From: Mustelus asterias
Taxonomy: Eukaryota
Assembly (NCBI RefSeq): GCF_964213995.1
Contig: NW_027591794.1
Coordinates: forward strand, 1-64,000
Length of the DNA: 64,000 bases
Reading direction: 5' to 3'
The notes beneath the pieces were generated by a model. The model ran no database searches and had not been told where the DNA came from. It saw only the letters and a program-made list of their open reading frames with translations. Below, piece by piece: positions 11,170-20,896 of this stretch (position 1 is the stretch's first letter; each line of letters opens with the position of its first letter). The position numbers and the translations under genes were made by a program.

Positions 11170-11495
11170 GCGGCATGGTGGCACAGCGGTTAGCACTACT
11201 GCCTCACAGCGCCACGTACCTGAGTTCAATTCCTGGCTTGGGTCACTGTCTGTGCAGAGTCTGCACATTCTCCCTGTGTCTGCGTGGGTTTCCTCTGGGT
11301 GCTCCGGTTTCCTCCCACAGTCCAAAGATGTGCTGCTTAGGTTGACTGGCCATGCAAAATTGACCCCAGTGTTAGGAGGATTAGCAGGTTAAATATGTGG
11401 TGTTACGGGGATAGGGCCTGGGTGGGATTGTGGTTGGTGCAGACTCGATGGGCTGAATGGCCTCCTTCTGCACTGTAAGATTCTACGATTCTATG
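11170..11495 (+). mobile_element. Full-length HE1 SINE
   Basis: gggcggcatggtggcacagcggttag head, core, CR1-like tail gggctgaatggcctccttctgcactgta and attcta repeats. Confidence 0.9.
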
Positions 11496-11504
11496 AGTTC
11501 ACAA

Positions 11505-11775
11505 AATTAAAGTTAAAAGTTAAATTTATTTATTAGTCACAAGTAAGGCTTACATTAACACTGCAATGAAGTTGCTGTGAAATTCCCCGAGTCGCCACAC
11601 TCCAGCACCTGTTTGGGTCAATGCACCTAAACAGCGCATCTTTCAGACGGTGGGAGGAAACTGGAGCACCCGGAGGGAACCCACACAGACACGGGGAGAA
11701 CGTGCAGACTCCACACAGACAGTGACCCAAGCTGGGAATTGAACCCGGGTCCCTGGCACTGTGAGGCAGCAGTGC
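11505..11775 (-). mobile_element. HE1-like SINE (variant tail)
   Basis: Same core; tail cacagcaacttcattgcagtgttaatgtaagcc on the minus strand. Confidence 0.8.
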
Positions 11776-11837
11776 AGACAGACAGTCAAGAAATCATCAA
11801 TTCCACTCCCACCCGGAGCTATGGGGATATATTCAGA

Positions 11838-12292
11838 GTAACAGTTTTAACAACACCAGGTTAAAGTCCAACAGGTTTATTTGATAGCAAATACCATTAG
11901 CTTTTGGAGCGCTGCTCCTTCGTCAGATGGAGTGGAAATCTGCTCTCAAACAGGGCAAAGAGATGCAAAATCAAGTTACAGAATACTGATTAGAATGCAA
12001 ATCTCTCCAGCCAACCAGTTCTTAAAGATACAGACAATGTGAGTGGAGGGAGCATTAAGCACAGGTTAAAGAGATGTGTATTGTCTCCAGACAGGACAGC
12101 CAGCAAGTCCAGGAGGCAAGCTGTGGGGTTTACTGATAGTGTGACATAAAGCCAACATCCCGGTTTAGGCCGTCCTCATGTGTGCGGAACTTGGCTATCA
12201 GTTTCTGCTCAGCGACTCTGCGCTGTCGTGTGTCGTGAAGGCCGCCTTGGAGAATGTTTACCCAAAGATCAGAGGCTGAATGCCCATGACGC
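11838..12292 (-). mobile_element. Penelope-like element 3' part
   Basis: Near copy of 8830-9290; HDTRQRRVAEQKLIAKFRTHEDGLNRD. Confidence 0.85.
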
Positions 12293-12319
12293 ACTTCAGC
12301 GGTCACGGGCATTTGTCAG

Positions 12320-12870
12320 GAGAGAAAAGTGCTGACGTTTCGAGTCCAGATGACCCTTTGTCAAAGACTGACCTCTGATGAATTGAGAGAGGGAGGTGGA
12401 GAAGAACAAAATGAAAGATCTGCAAACTGACTAAATGTTTCACGGCCCAAGACCAAAACGAGTGGTAATTGAACAAGTAAAGACACAAAAGATGTTCTGG
12501 ATGAGGTGTGAATAGCTGGTGAGCGATAGTCTGAATGTAAAGTAAACAAGAGGGAAATGAGGTGAAAAAAGCAGCAACGAAACACAGAACACAATGGGGG
12601 GAGAGATTGTGGTGTAAAATTGTTGAGCTCAGTTTTGTTCTGAAGGCTGTAAAGTGTCTCTTTCAGTTGCGAGAAATAATATTATATTTCCCAGTTCCGA
12701 TGACAGGTCACATTCAGTCTGTTTCTCTCTCCACAGAGGCTGCCTGACTTGTTGAGTATTTCCAGCCAAAAGAGAAAACGCTGGAAAATCTCAGCAGGTC
12801 TGGCAGCATCTGTAAGGAGACAAAAAGAGCTGAGGTTTCGAGTCCAAATGACCTTTTTGACAAAAGCAGC
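12320..12870. mobile_element. Fragments of a second Penelope-like family
   Basis: Minus-strand hammerhead-like ttgacaaagggtcatctggactcgaaacgtc; gctggaaaatctcagcaggtctggcagcatctg motif also at 13660-13830, 30965-31040, 46405-46510, 47550-47755 and 62830-62905. Confidence 0.65.
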
Positions 12871-12876
12871 AATTTG

Positions 12877-13031
12877 CTGTGAACTGGGCCGGGTTGGGGG
12901 TTTGAGTGACAGTCCTGGGGCGATATCAGGACAGGAACAGCCACAGATTCCCCCTTTTCCCTGGGACGTTTCACTGGAGCTGTGTTGGTGAGTGTTTGTA
13001 ATCTCTGTCTCACTGTCTCGGTAATGGGGGC
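12877..13031 (+). repeat. ~155-bp dispersed duplicate, copy 1 (contains 5' splice site ttg/gtgagt)
   Basis: Close match to 14094-14248. Confidence 0.85.
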
Positions 13032-13132
13032 AATTTCCAGCGTTTTCCGTTTGATGTCAACCAGAGAATGTGTAAGAATTGTCACACCCGAAACAGATGT
13101 CTCTTACTCAGGACACCCCAGCTCGGGTCTCG

Positions 13133-13200
13133 TTGGGGGGGCGGGGGGAGTTGGGGGCGGGCGGGGGGGGGGGGGGGGGGCGGGGGGGGCGGGGGGCGCG
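13133..13200 (+). repeat. Poly-G tract (G-quadruplex-capable)
   Basis: Multiple runs of 5 to 17 G. Confidence 0.8.
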
Positions 13201-14093
13201 GAGCGGTGGGTAACGTTCACAATTTTGTGTTTATGTCTGGTGCGAATAATACTTTGGATTAAACGGAGAAGTTTTTTAAACTGAGGAGAGTAACTGCATT
13301 TGGGCGCTGACTTTAAACAACATTAACAAGCCCGGGCTGCTGGAGAAACATTTAGGGATTTGTGAGCAGTCAGTTCCGGCTGGTTTGAAGTGAAATCCTG
13401 TCGGTGCTGCGGCAAATCTGAACTCAAACCAGACAAACTGGAACCGCTGGGTTAGAGATTCCGGGTGTTGGGATGTGGAGGCTGGGGGAGGGGGAGATGG
13501 CGCTAAAACTCTGAGGCTGAGTTTCGAGCGGGATGTGAGCGGGATAAAGGGAAGGAATGACAGGGTTAATGTGGGAGTCAGGGACAATAGCAGAAGGTGG
13601 GAAGCTCTGGAAACGAGCACGGAGGGTAAAGGCCATCAAAGAATGCGTGTTTAAATGAAGATAAAAGCAAAATACTGCGGATGCTGGAATCTGAAACAGA
13701 AAATGCTGGAAAATCTCAGCAGGTCTGACAGCATCTGTGGAGAGAGAATGGAGTTAATGCTTCCAGTCTGGATGATCACAGATGCGATCAGACCTGCTGA
13801 GGTTTTCCAGCACTTTCTGTTTTTGATTAACTGAAGGTTCAGCAGGGAAAGAAGCAGCGAACTGAACACACTGAACCCAGGGGGAGGGGGTGACCCAGGA
13901 TAAGCTCAGTGAGGCTCTGCAATGTCCATCAACACATCCACATTCAGACCTTAGAGAGCCAAGGGGGAGGGGAAGGAGAAACTATTTGGGGCACAGCAGG
14001 TGGTCACCCCTCCCCCACTCTGTGGTTCCACATCCCTCCCACACCTGGACAGGGTTGGCTCAAGGTGTAGGAAGCTGCAAGCTGAGAGGCTGA

Positions 14094-14248
14094 GCTGTGA
14101 ACTGGGCCGGGTTGGGGGTTTGAGTGACAGTCCTGGGGCTATTTCAGGACAGGAACTGCCACAGGTTCCCTCTTTTTCCTCGGACGTTTCAGTGGAGCTG
14201 TGTTGGTGAGTGTTTGTAATCTCTGTCTCACTGTCTCGGTAATGGGGG
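14094..14248 (+). repeat. ~155-bp dispersed duplicate, copy 2
   Basis: Close match to 12877-13031. Confidence 0.85.
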
Positions 14249-15399
14249 TGGGTTGTAGATTGCTGTGAGTGTTAGACTAAATAACCTCTCCTCATGCTGC
14301 CAGTTCCAGTCTGCAGACTCCATTTCTCAGTCCAGTTTGCTGCTCCGTCTCTGTCTCTCTGTACTTTGCTGCAGTGCTCCACATTCTGAGCAACATCCAG
14401 CCCATTGTTATCACCCGAAATTTGCGGCAAACTCCCTTCACTGTGGCACAGTGGTTAGCACTGCTGCCTCACTGAGTCTGGGTTCGATTCCAGCGGTGGA
14501 TGACTGTCTCTGTGGAGTTTGCATAGTAAGAAGTCTCAGAACACCAGGTTAAAGTCCAATAAGTTTATTTGGAATCAAAGCAAATTACTGCGGATGCTGG
14601 AATTTGAAACTATGTTCTGTGGAACATCGTTTCCTCACTTGTTCCTGTGCAGCAGTAAATCCTCATCCTGAACACTTTCCCTCCTCCCTGTCCTGCAACC
14701 AACTCCCACACTGACCAACCAGCTCATATTTCAATGGGCCTCCAGCGGGTGTTTGACTCCACTGTGCCAGGCTGCATGGTGTATGGGCGCTGTTTCACCC
14801 ATAAGATGGATGTGTGCAGCACCCTCTTCCAACTGTTCTGGCTGCCAACCAGCCCCTGTCCACCCACACAGTTCCAGCAGCACCGCACACAATACTGCTC
14901 ACCTGCTCCGACAGACTCATGAAGGATGTCCTTTCATTTTCTCTGAGAGAGTTGGTCAGCCTGGCAAACCCAGTGTGAAATATCTTCACAAATCTTTTCT
15001 CCCACTCTCTATTCTGGCTGGGTTCAGTTCTCTTTTGTACAGAGTGAAAATAAAATCAATTATTTTCTCTCCTGGTCACCGCAGGGAGCTGCAGCTTTTT
15101 ACTGGGGGTGTTGGGGCCTCCAGCGGGTGTTTGTGAATCCTCCCCGCCCACCTCCCAGGGTTTCCTTCCTTCCCAGAGATCAGAGTCCTCATTGATTTGA
15201 GGCCAAAGTGTAACCTCTTATTTATTGTCCCCCTCCCCCATCCTCTGATGTGAACCATCCTCCAGTGGCTGAGCCAGGATGGGGCCGTTAACCTGGGCCT
15301 GTTCCCGGGAGGGAGGGAGGGAGGGAGAAGCCCCGCAGCTGCAAACCAGGGAGCTGACAATGATTCTGAAGGGTTTGCGGATCCACAAAGTGTTTCCAA

Positions 15400-15855
15400 A
15401 TCCTCCCAGCCACCGCCTAACGCTGACTCCGCTTCTCCGGGACAAACAAGCGCCAAGGACAGCAATGACACTGCGCATGCTCCACATCACAATGCCCAGG
15501 GGCTGATTGACGGCAGCTCCGGACCAATAGGAAAAGGGGCCGGGGCTGGAGGACTGAGCGGGAGCGGCTGGTCCTCCAACCAATCAGAGTGAATGAGGGG
15601 CGGGACCTGAAGCATGCGCAGTGCGGGTAATGGCGACGGACAGACGGATGGTTTTAACTCGGAAGCGAGATCAATACGAGGTAGAGGGCGGCGTGCGGGG
15701 AATGATAAATGTGGCGGGTGGGTGGAGAGACTTTGTAAACATGTTGTTCAAACCCAAACCCCGGAAATGAACTTCCCGGTCCCCCCCTTTGTACCAAATG
15801 GAGCGGCAGCTTGTAGTGTTAGACCCGGGCTGACTGCCGCCATTGAGGCTGCATG
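15400..15855. promoter_or_regulatory. CpG-island promoter/first exon (P2), paralogous to 56860-57180 (inverted)
   Basis: tgcgcatgc and gcatgcgca NRF1-like sites, two CCAAT boxes, ggggcgggg GC box, atggcg start region, possible donor gag/gtagag. Confidence 0.75.
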
Positions 15856-18298
15856 TGAATGGAGGAAGAGTTCTTAGAATGCTGTCGGGATAGTTTCCTT
15901 GAACAGCATGTTACGGAACCGACGAGGGAACGAGCTATTTTGGATCTGGTATTGTGTAACGAGGTAGGTAGAATTAAGGATCTTATTGTGAAGGACCCTC
16001 TTGGGTCTAGTGACCACAATATGGTCGAATTTCTGATTCAGATGGAAGAGGAGAAAGTTTGGTCCCAAACCAGTGTCCTCTGTTTGAACAGAGGGAAATA
16101 TGATAGGATGAGGGATGAATTGGCTAAGGTAGACTGGGAGAGCAGGCTGGCAGGTAGGATAGCTGAGGAACAGTGGAGGATTTTTAAGGAGATCCTTTTC
16201 AGTTCTCAGCAAAAATATATTCCAGCAAAAAACAAGGATTGTAAGAAAAGGGAGAACCAGCCGTGGATAACGAAGGAAATAAAGGAGAGTATTAAAATAA
16301 AAACAGCTGCGTACAGAGTGGCCAAAAATAGTGGAGAAACAAGTGATTGGGAAAAATTTAAGAAACAACAAAGAGAGACTAAGAAAGCGATAAAGAAAGG
16401 AAGGATAGACTATGAAGCTAGGCTAGCAATTAATATAAAAAATGATAGTAAAAGTTTTTATAAATATATAAAAAGGAATAGAGTGGCTAGAGTGAATGTT
16501 GGACCCTTGGAGGACGAGAAGGGGGAGTTAATAGTGGGAAATGAGGATATGGCTGAGTCTTTAAATAAGTTTTTTGTGTCGGTCTTCACGGTGGAGGACA
16601 CAAATAGTTTGCCAAATATTAACGATAGAGGGTTGGCAGCAGGAGAAATACTTAATACAATTAATGTAACCAGAGAGGCAGTGCTGGGTAGACTAATGGG
16701 ACTGAAGGTGGACAAGTCCCCGGGTCCGGATGGAATGCATCCCAGGGTATTGAAAGAAATGTCAGAGGTAATAGTGGATGCGTTAGTGATTATTTATCAA
16801 AACTCGTTGCATTCTGGGGTAGTGCCGGTTGATTGGAAAACGGCTAATGTTACGCCGCTGTTTAAAAAAGGAAGGAGACAAAAGGCGGGTAACTATAGGC
16901 CGGTCAGCTTAACGTCTGTAGTAGGGAAAATGCTGGAATCCATTATTAAAGAGGAGATAGCAGGGCATCTGGATAGAAATGGTTCGATCAATCAGACGCA
17001 GCATGGATTCATGAGGGGAAAGTCGTGCTTGACGAACATGTTGGATTTTTATGAAGATGTGACTAGGGCGGTTGATGGAGGAGAACCGGTGGATGCGGTG
17101 TTTTTGGATTTCCAAAAGGCGTTTGATAAGGTGCCCCATAAAAGGCTACTGAAGAAGATTAGGGCACACGGAGTTGGGGGTAGTGTGTTAAAGTGGATTG
17201 GGGACTGGCTATCCGACAGGAAGCAAAGAGTCGGAATAAATGGGTGTTTTTCCGGTTGGAGGAAGGTAACTAGTGGCGTGCCGCAGGGATCGGTACTCGG
17301 GCCGCAACTATTTACCATTTATATAGATGATCTGGAGGAGGGGACGGAGTGTAGGGTAACGAAGTTTGCAGACGACACAAAGATAAGTGGAAAAGTGAAT
17401 CGTGTGGAGGACGGAGAAGATCTGCAGAGAGATTTGGACAGGCTGAGTGAGTGGGCGAGGATATGGCAAATGGAGTATAACGTTGAGAAATGCGAGGTTA
17501 TACACTTTGGAGGAAATAATAACAAATGGGATTACTATCTCAATGGAAACAAATTAAAACATGCTACCGTGCAAAGGGACCTGGGGGTCCTTGTGCATGA
17601 GACGCAAAAGCCCAGTCTGCAGGTACAACAGGTGATCAAGAAGGCAAATGGGATGTTGGCCTATATTGCGAAGGGGATAGAATATAAAAGCAGGGATGTC
17701 TTGATGCACCTGTACAGGGCATTGGTGAGGCCGCAGCTGGAATACTGTGTGCAGTATTGGTCCCCTTATATGAGGAAGGATATATTGGCATTGGAGGGAG
17801 TGCAGAGAAGGTTCACCAGGTTGATACCGGAGATGAGGGGTTTGGATTATGAGGAGAGGCTGAGGAGATTGGGTTTGTACTCGTTGGAGTTTAGAAGGAT
17901 GAGGGGGGATCTTATGGAGACTTATAAGATAATGCGGGGGCTGGATAGGGTGGAGGCGGAGAGATTCTTTCCACTTAGTAAGGAAGTTAAAACTAGAGGA
18001 CACAGCCTCAAAATAAAGGGGGGTCGGTTTAAGACAGAGTTGAGGAGGAACTTCTTCTCCCAGAGGGTGGTGAATCTCTGGAATTCTCTGCCCACTGAGG
18101 TGGTGGAGGCTACCTCGCTGAATATGTTTAAAGCGCGGATGGATGGATTCCTGATCGGTAAGGGAATTAAGGGTTATGGGGATCAGGCGGGTAAGTGGTA
18201 CTGATCCACGTCAGATCAGCCATGATCTTATTGAATGGCGGGGCAGGCTCGAGGGGCTAGATGGCCTACTCCTGCTCCTATTTCTTATGTTCTTATGT
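15855..18298 (+). mobile_element. Young CR1 LINE insertion
   Basis: Open ORF, many CpGs retained, 3' hairpin tail ending (ttcttatg)2. Confidence 0.93.
15859..18204 (+). CDS. CR1 LINE ORF2 (end of APE endonuclease plus reverse transcriptase), 5'-truncated, uninterrupted 781 aa
   Basis: LDLVL...GSSDHN, KSPGPDG, NYRPVSLTS, FLDFQKAFDKVPH, GVPQGSVLGP, KFADDTK, WNSLP motifs. Confidence 0.95.
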   Translation: MEEEFLECCRDSFLEQHVTEPTRERAILDLVLCNEVGRIKDLIVKDPLGSSDHNMVEFLIQMEEEKVWSQTSVLCLNRGKYDRMRDELAKVDWESRLAGRIAEEQWRIFKEILFSSQQKYIPAKNKDCKKRENQPWITKEIKESIKIKTAAYRVAKNSGETSDWEKFKKQQRETKKAIKKGRIDYEARLAINIKNDSKSFYKYIKRNRVARVNVGPLEDEKGELIVGNEDMAESLNKFFVSVFTVEDTNSLPNINDRGLAAGEILNTINVTREAVLGRLMGLKVDKSPGPDGMHPRVLKEMSEVIVDALVIIYQNSLHSGVVPVDWKTANVTPLFKKGRRQKAGNYRPVSLTSVVGKMLESIIKEEIAGHLDRNGSINQTQHGFMRGKSCLTNMLDFYEDVTRAVDGGEPVDAVFLDFQKAFDKVPHKRLLKKIRAHGVGGSVLKWIGDWLSDRKQRVGINGCFSGWRKVTSGVPQGSVLGPQLFTIYIDDLEEGTECRVTKFADDTKISGKVNRVEDGEDLQRDLDRLSEWARIWQMEYNVEKCEVIHFGGNNNKWDYYLNGNKLKHATVQRDLGVLVHETQKPSLQVQQVIKKANGMLAYIAKGIEYKSRDVLMHLYRALVRPQLEYCVQYWSPYMRKDILALEGVQRRFTRLIPEMRGLDYEERLRRLGLYSLEFRRMRGDLMETYKIMRGLDRVEAERFFPLSKEVKTRGHSLKIKGGRFKTELRRNFFSQRVVNLWNSLPTEVVEATSLNMFKARMDGFLIGKGIKGYGDQAGKWY

Positions 18299-18337
18299 GG
18301 GAGGCCGGCAGGGATTGTGATCGGAGAGTGAAGCCAT

Positions 18338-18413
18338 AACGTCACAATGGAATGGGTGGGAGTGTGACGTCACAATGGAATGGGTCAGAGTGTGACGTCA
18401 CAATGGAATGGGT
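18338..18413. repeat. 28-bp tandem repeat (~3 copies) carrying CRE palindromes
   Basis: gtgacgtcacaatggaatgggt at 18364 and 18392, partial copy at 18339. Confidence 0.85.
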
Positions 18414-18472
18414 GAGGGTTCCAGATGAGCTGAGACTGGGCTGGAGTCGGGCGATGGCACTGACATGTGACC

Positions 18473-18765
18473 CGGTGGCACAGTGGTTAGTGCAGCTGCC
18501 TAACAGCGCCAGGGACCCGGGTTCAATTCCAGCCTCGGGTCGCTGTCTGTGCAGAGTTTCTACATTCTCTCTGTGTCTGTGTGGGTTTCCTCCGGGTGTT
18601 CCGGTTTCCTTCCACAGTCCAAAGATGTGCCGGTTAGACGGATTGGCCATGATAAATTGCCACTTGGTATCAGGGGGATTAACAGGTAAATATGTGGATA
18701 GGGCCTGGATGGGATTGTTGTCGGTGCAGGCTCGATGGGCTGAATGGCCTCCTTCTACACTGTAC
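18473..18765 (+). mobile_element. HE1 SINE
   Basis: Head, core and tail as at 11170-11495. Confidence 0.85.
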
Positions 18766-18799
18766 TTTATTATTCATTATTATTAATTAATTACTATTA

Positions 18800-19100
18800 A
18801 TGCTTCTATGAATGAAAGTGGTCTTGATGATGATGTGACATGTGGCTGGAAGCTCATGTTGGGATGCACTATTTCATCCTGGTTGTGAACAGCCTGGTTC
18901 AGCCTCAGACAGTTGCCAGGAGGAGAGATAAAGTTGTTGGCAAGGGAGTGGAGTTTGTAGTGGGGACTGAACACAATGGGTTCAGTCTTCCCAGTATTTA
19001 AATGAAATAAATTTCTGTTCTTTCAGTACTGGATGTCAGACAAGTCAGGATGGTGTGTGGGTTGGAGAGGAACTTGGAGCTGATGGTGTTCACAGGGTTT
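18800..19100 (-). mobile_element. Old L2-like LINE fragment
   Basis: Similar to 50700-50960 (ttcagcctcagacagtt...aatttctg...cagta). Confidence 0.5.
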
Positions 19101-19194
19101 GGAAATTCTGTCAAAGTTCCTGTTGAGTTGTAGATGTATAAAATCTCTCTCCTCACCTCCGGCCTCTCCTCCTTGTCTCTGTTTCCACTCAGAG

Positions 19195-19583
19195 TGTGGA
19201 GATGCCGGCGTTGGACTGGGGTAAGCACAGTAAGTAATCTCACAACACCAGGTTAAAATCCAACAGGTTAATTTAGTAGCATAAGCCACAGGCTTTCGGA
19301 GCGCTGCCCCTTCATCAGGTGAGTGGGAGTTCTGTTCACAAACAGGGCATATAAAGACACAAACTCAATTTACAAGATAATGGTTCGAATGCGAATTTAC
19401 AGGTAATCGAGTCTTAAAGGCACAGACAATGTGAGTGGAGAGAGGGTTAAGCACAGGTTAAAGTGATGTGTATTGTCTCCAGCCAGGACAGTGGGTGAGA
19501 TTTTGCAAGCCCAGGCAAGTCGTGGGGGTTACAGATAGTGTGACATGAACCCAAGATCCTGGTTGAGGCCGTCCTCATGTGTG
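19195..19583 (-). mobile_element. Penelope-like 3' part with hammerhead-like motif (~19288-19323)
   Basis: Minus strand cacCTGATGAaggggcagcgctccGAAAgcctgtg. Confidence 0.85.
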
Positions 19584-19830
19584 ATTGACAGATCCATGCT
19601 CATTGCTTCCTGTCCTGGACGCAGAGAGCTGAAAATCTCCATGCAGGCTGCCAGACAGATAAATGTCTACATTACTGGAGTAAAAATGTGTGGAATATAC
19701 AGACCAAATTCACTTCATTCCCTACAGTTGCTGCAAGTCCCCAATTTCCCCCAGAATGAGAAAAGAAATGGAAAGGGGGAAACATTGATTTCCTCCCAGA
19801 TGTTGCCCAGAGGAGGAAGTTTCACTCTGA
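19583..19830 (-). pseudogene. Remnant 5' exon/intron of a minus-strand ZNF gene whose coding exon is not present
   Basis: Close match to 32701-32930, upstream of ZNF-C. Confidence 0.7.
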
Positions 19831-20300
19831 AGCTCATTGGACAACTTGCGCATTGTGACGCCACGATAGAGTCCTCCCTGAATCAGCCAAGAGGAATCAC
19901 TCTGCTCCGCGGTGATGTCTCCGGGTTCCAGTGCGCAGGCCCGGGCGCGCGGACCCGGGAGCCCCGCCCCCACCCATTGTTCCCCTCCCCCAACACCACA
20001 TCGAGCCAAGGTTTCCAGGCACCGGCTGACGGCCCTGGCCAGAGCGAGAAGCCGCTCGGTGAGCTCCCCCTCCCCCCGGCCCGGGACTGCGCATGTGCGA
20101 GGGAGAGGGGAAGCTGCGCATGTGCGGGGGAGAACCCACCCTCTGATCTTCATGCTGAGGTGTTGACCAATGGGAAGAGTTGGAGGACCGGAAGGACTCC
20201 GGTCTTCCAGCTAATCAGAGCGTGGACTTTGTGTGAATGAAGATTGATCTTCAGACAGACTCAAACTTCCTACCCTTAAAAGAGGCCAACATTTGTGAGT
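19830..20300. promoter_or_regulatory. CpG-island bidirectional promoter and ZNF-B exon 1 (P3)
   Basis: Two tgcgcatgtgcg NRF1-like sites (~20087, ~20115), CCAAT ~20167, donor gtgagt ~20295; paralogous to 34760-35140. Confidence 0.75.
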
Positions 20301-20655
20301 GAAACACTTTCTTTTCAACCCCCTTTCCATTTCTTTTCTCATTCTGGGGAAATTAGGGACTTGCAGCAACTGAAGGGAAAGGAAGTGAATCCAGGGAAGG
20401 TGCAGACTCTGGAAAGGTTGGCCCAGGTCTCTCTCTCTTTTCAGCTTTTGGGGAATGAGAGAGGAAAGAATGTTCCAATGAAATTGTCTGTTCTGAATTT
20501 CTATCCTGTACTGACACTGATGACTTTTGTAAACTCATTTTACAGGACATTGAAAGAGGAATCACAGGCTGAAATCTCAAACGCCACGTCTCGATCTGAC
20601 AGAGTCATATTCCTTGGGACCTCAATATCATCGGACTTTGAATCCAGAAGGAGAA

Positions 20656-20703
20656 ATGATTGTCCAGTCTGTCGATTTGAAAAGATTTGAAATGTCAGTG
20701 TGA
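20656..20703 (+). promoter_or_regulatory. 15-codon uORF (MIVQSVDLKRFEMSV*) in ZNF-B leader
   Basis: ATG and TGA positions shared with paralogous leaders at 240-193, 32381-32334 and 59480-59527. Confidence 0.6.
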
Positions 20704-20896
20704 GTGAAAATGCATCAACACACTGCCACACTCGAGTGAGTGTGTTCCAATGCACTGACTAAAGAGCTTTAACCAGTTACACAGTCTGAATAAATATCAC
20801 ACCATTCACAGCAGGTAGAGACTGTAATCTTGTTCTGTGTGTGGATGAAGTTTCAACTAATTGTCCACTCAAGAGAGAGGTAAGGACACCTGCACC

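Noticed and set aside
11170-11240. tRNA-like heads at many positions as tRNA genes
   Set aside because: They are SINE 5' ends followed by SINE cores and tails
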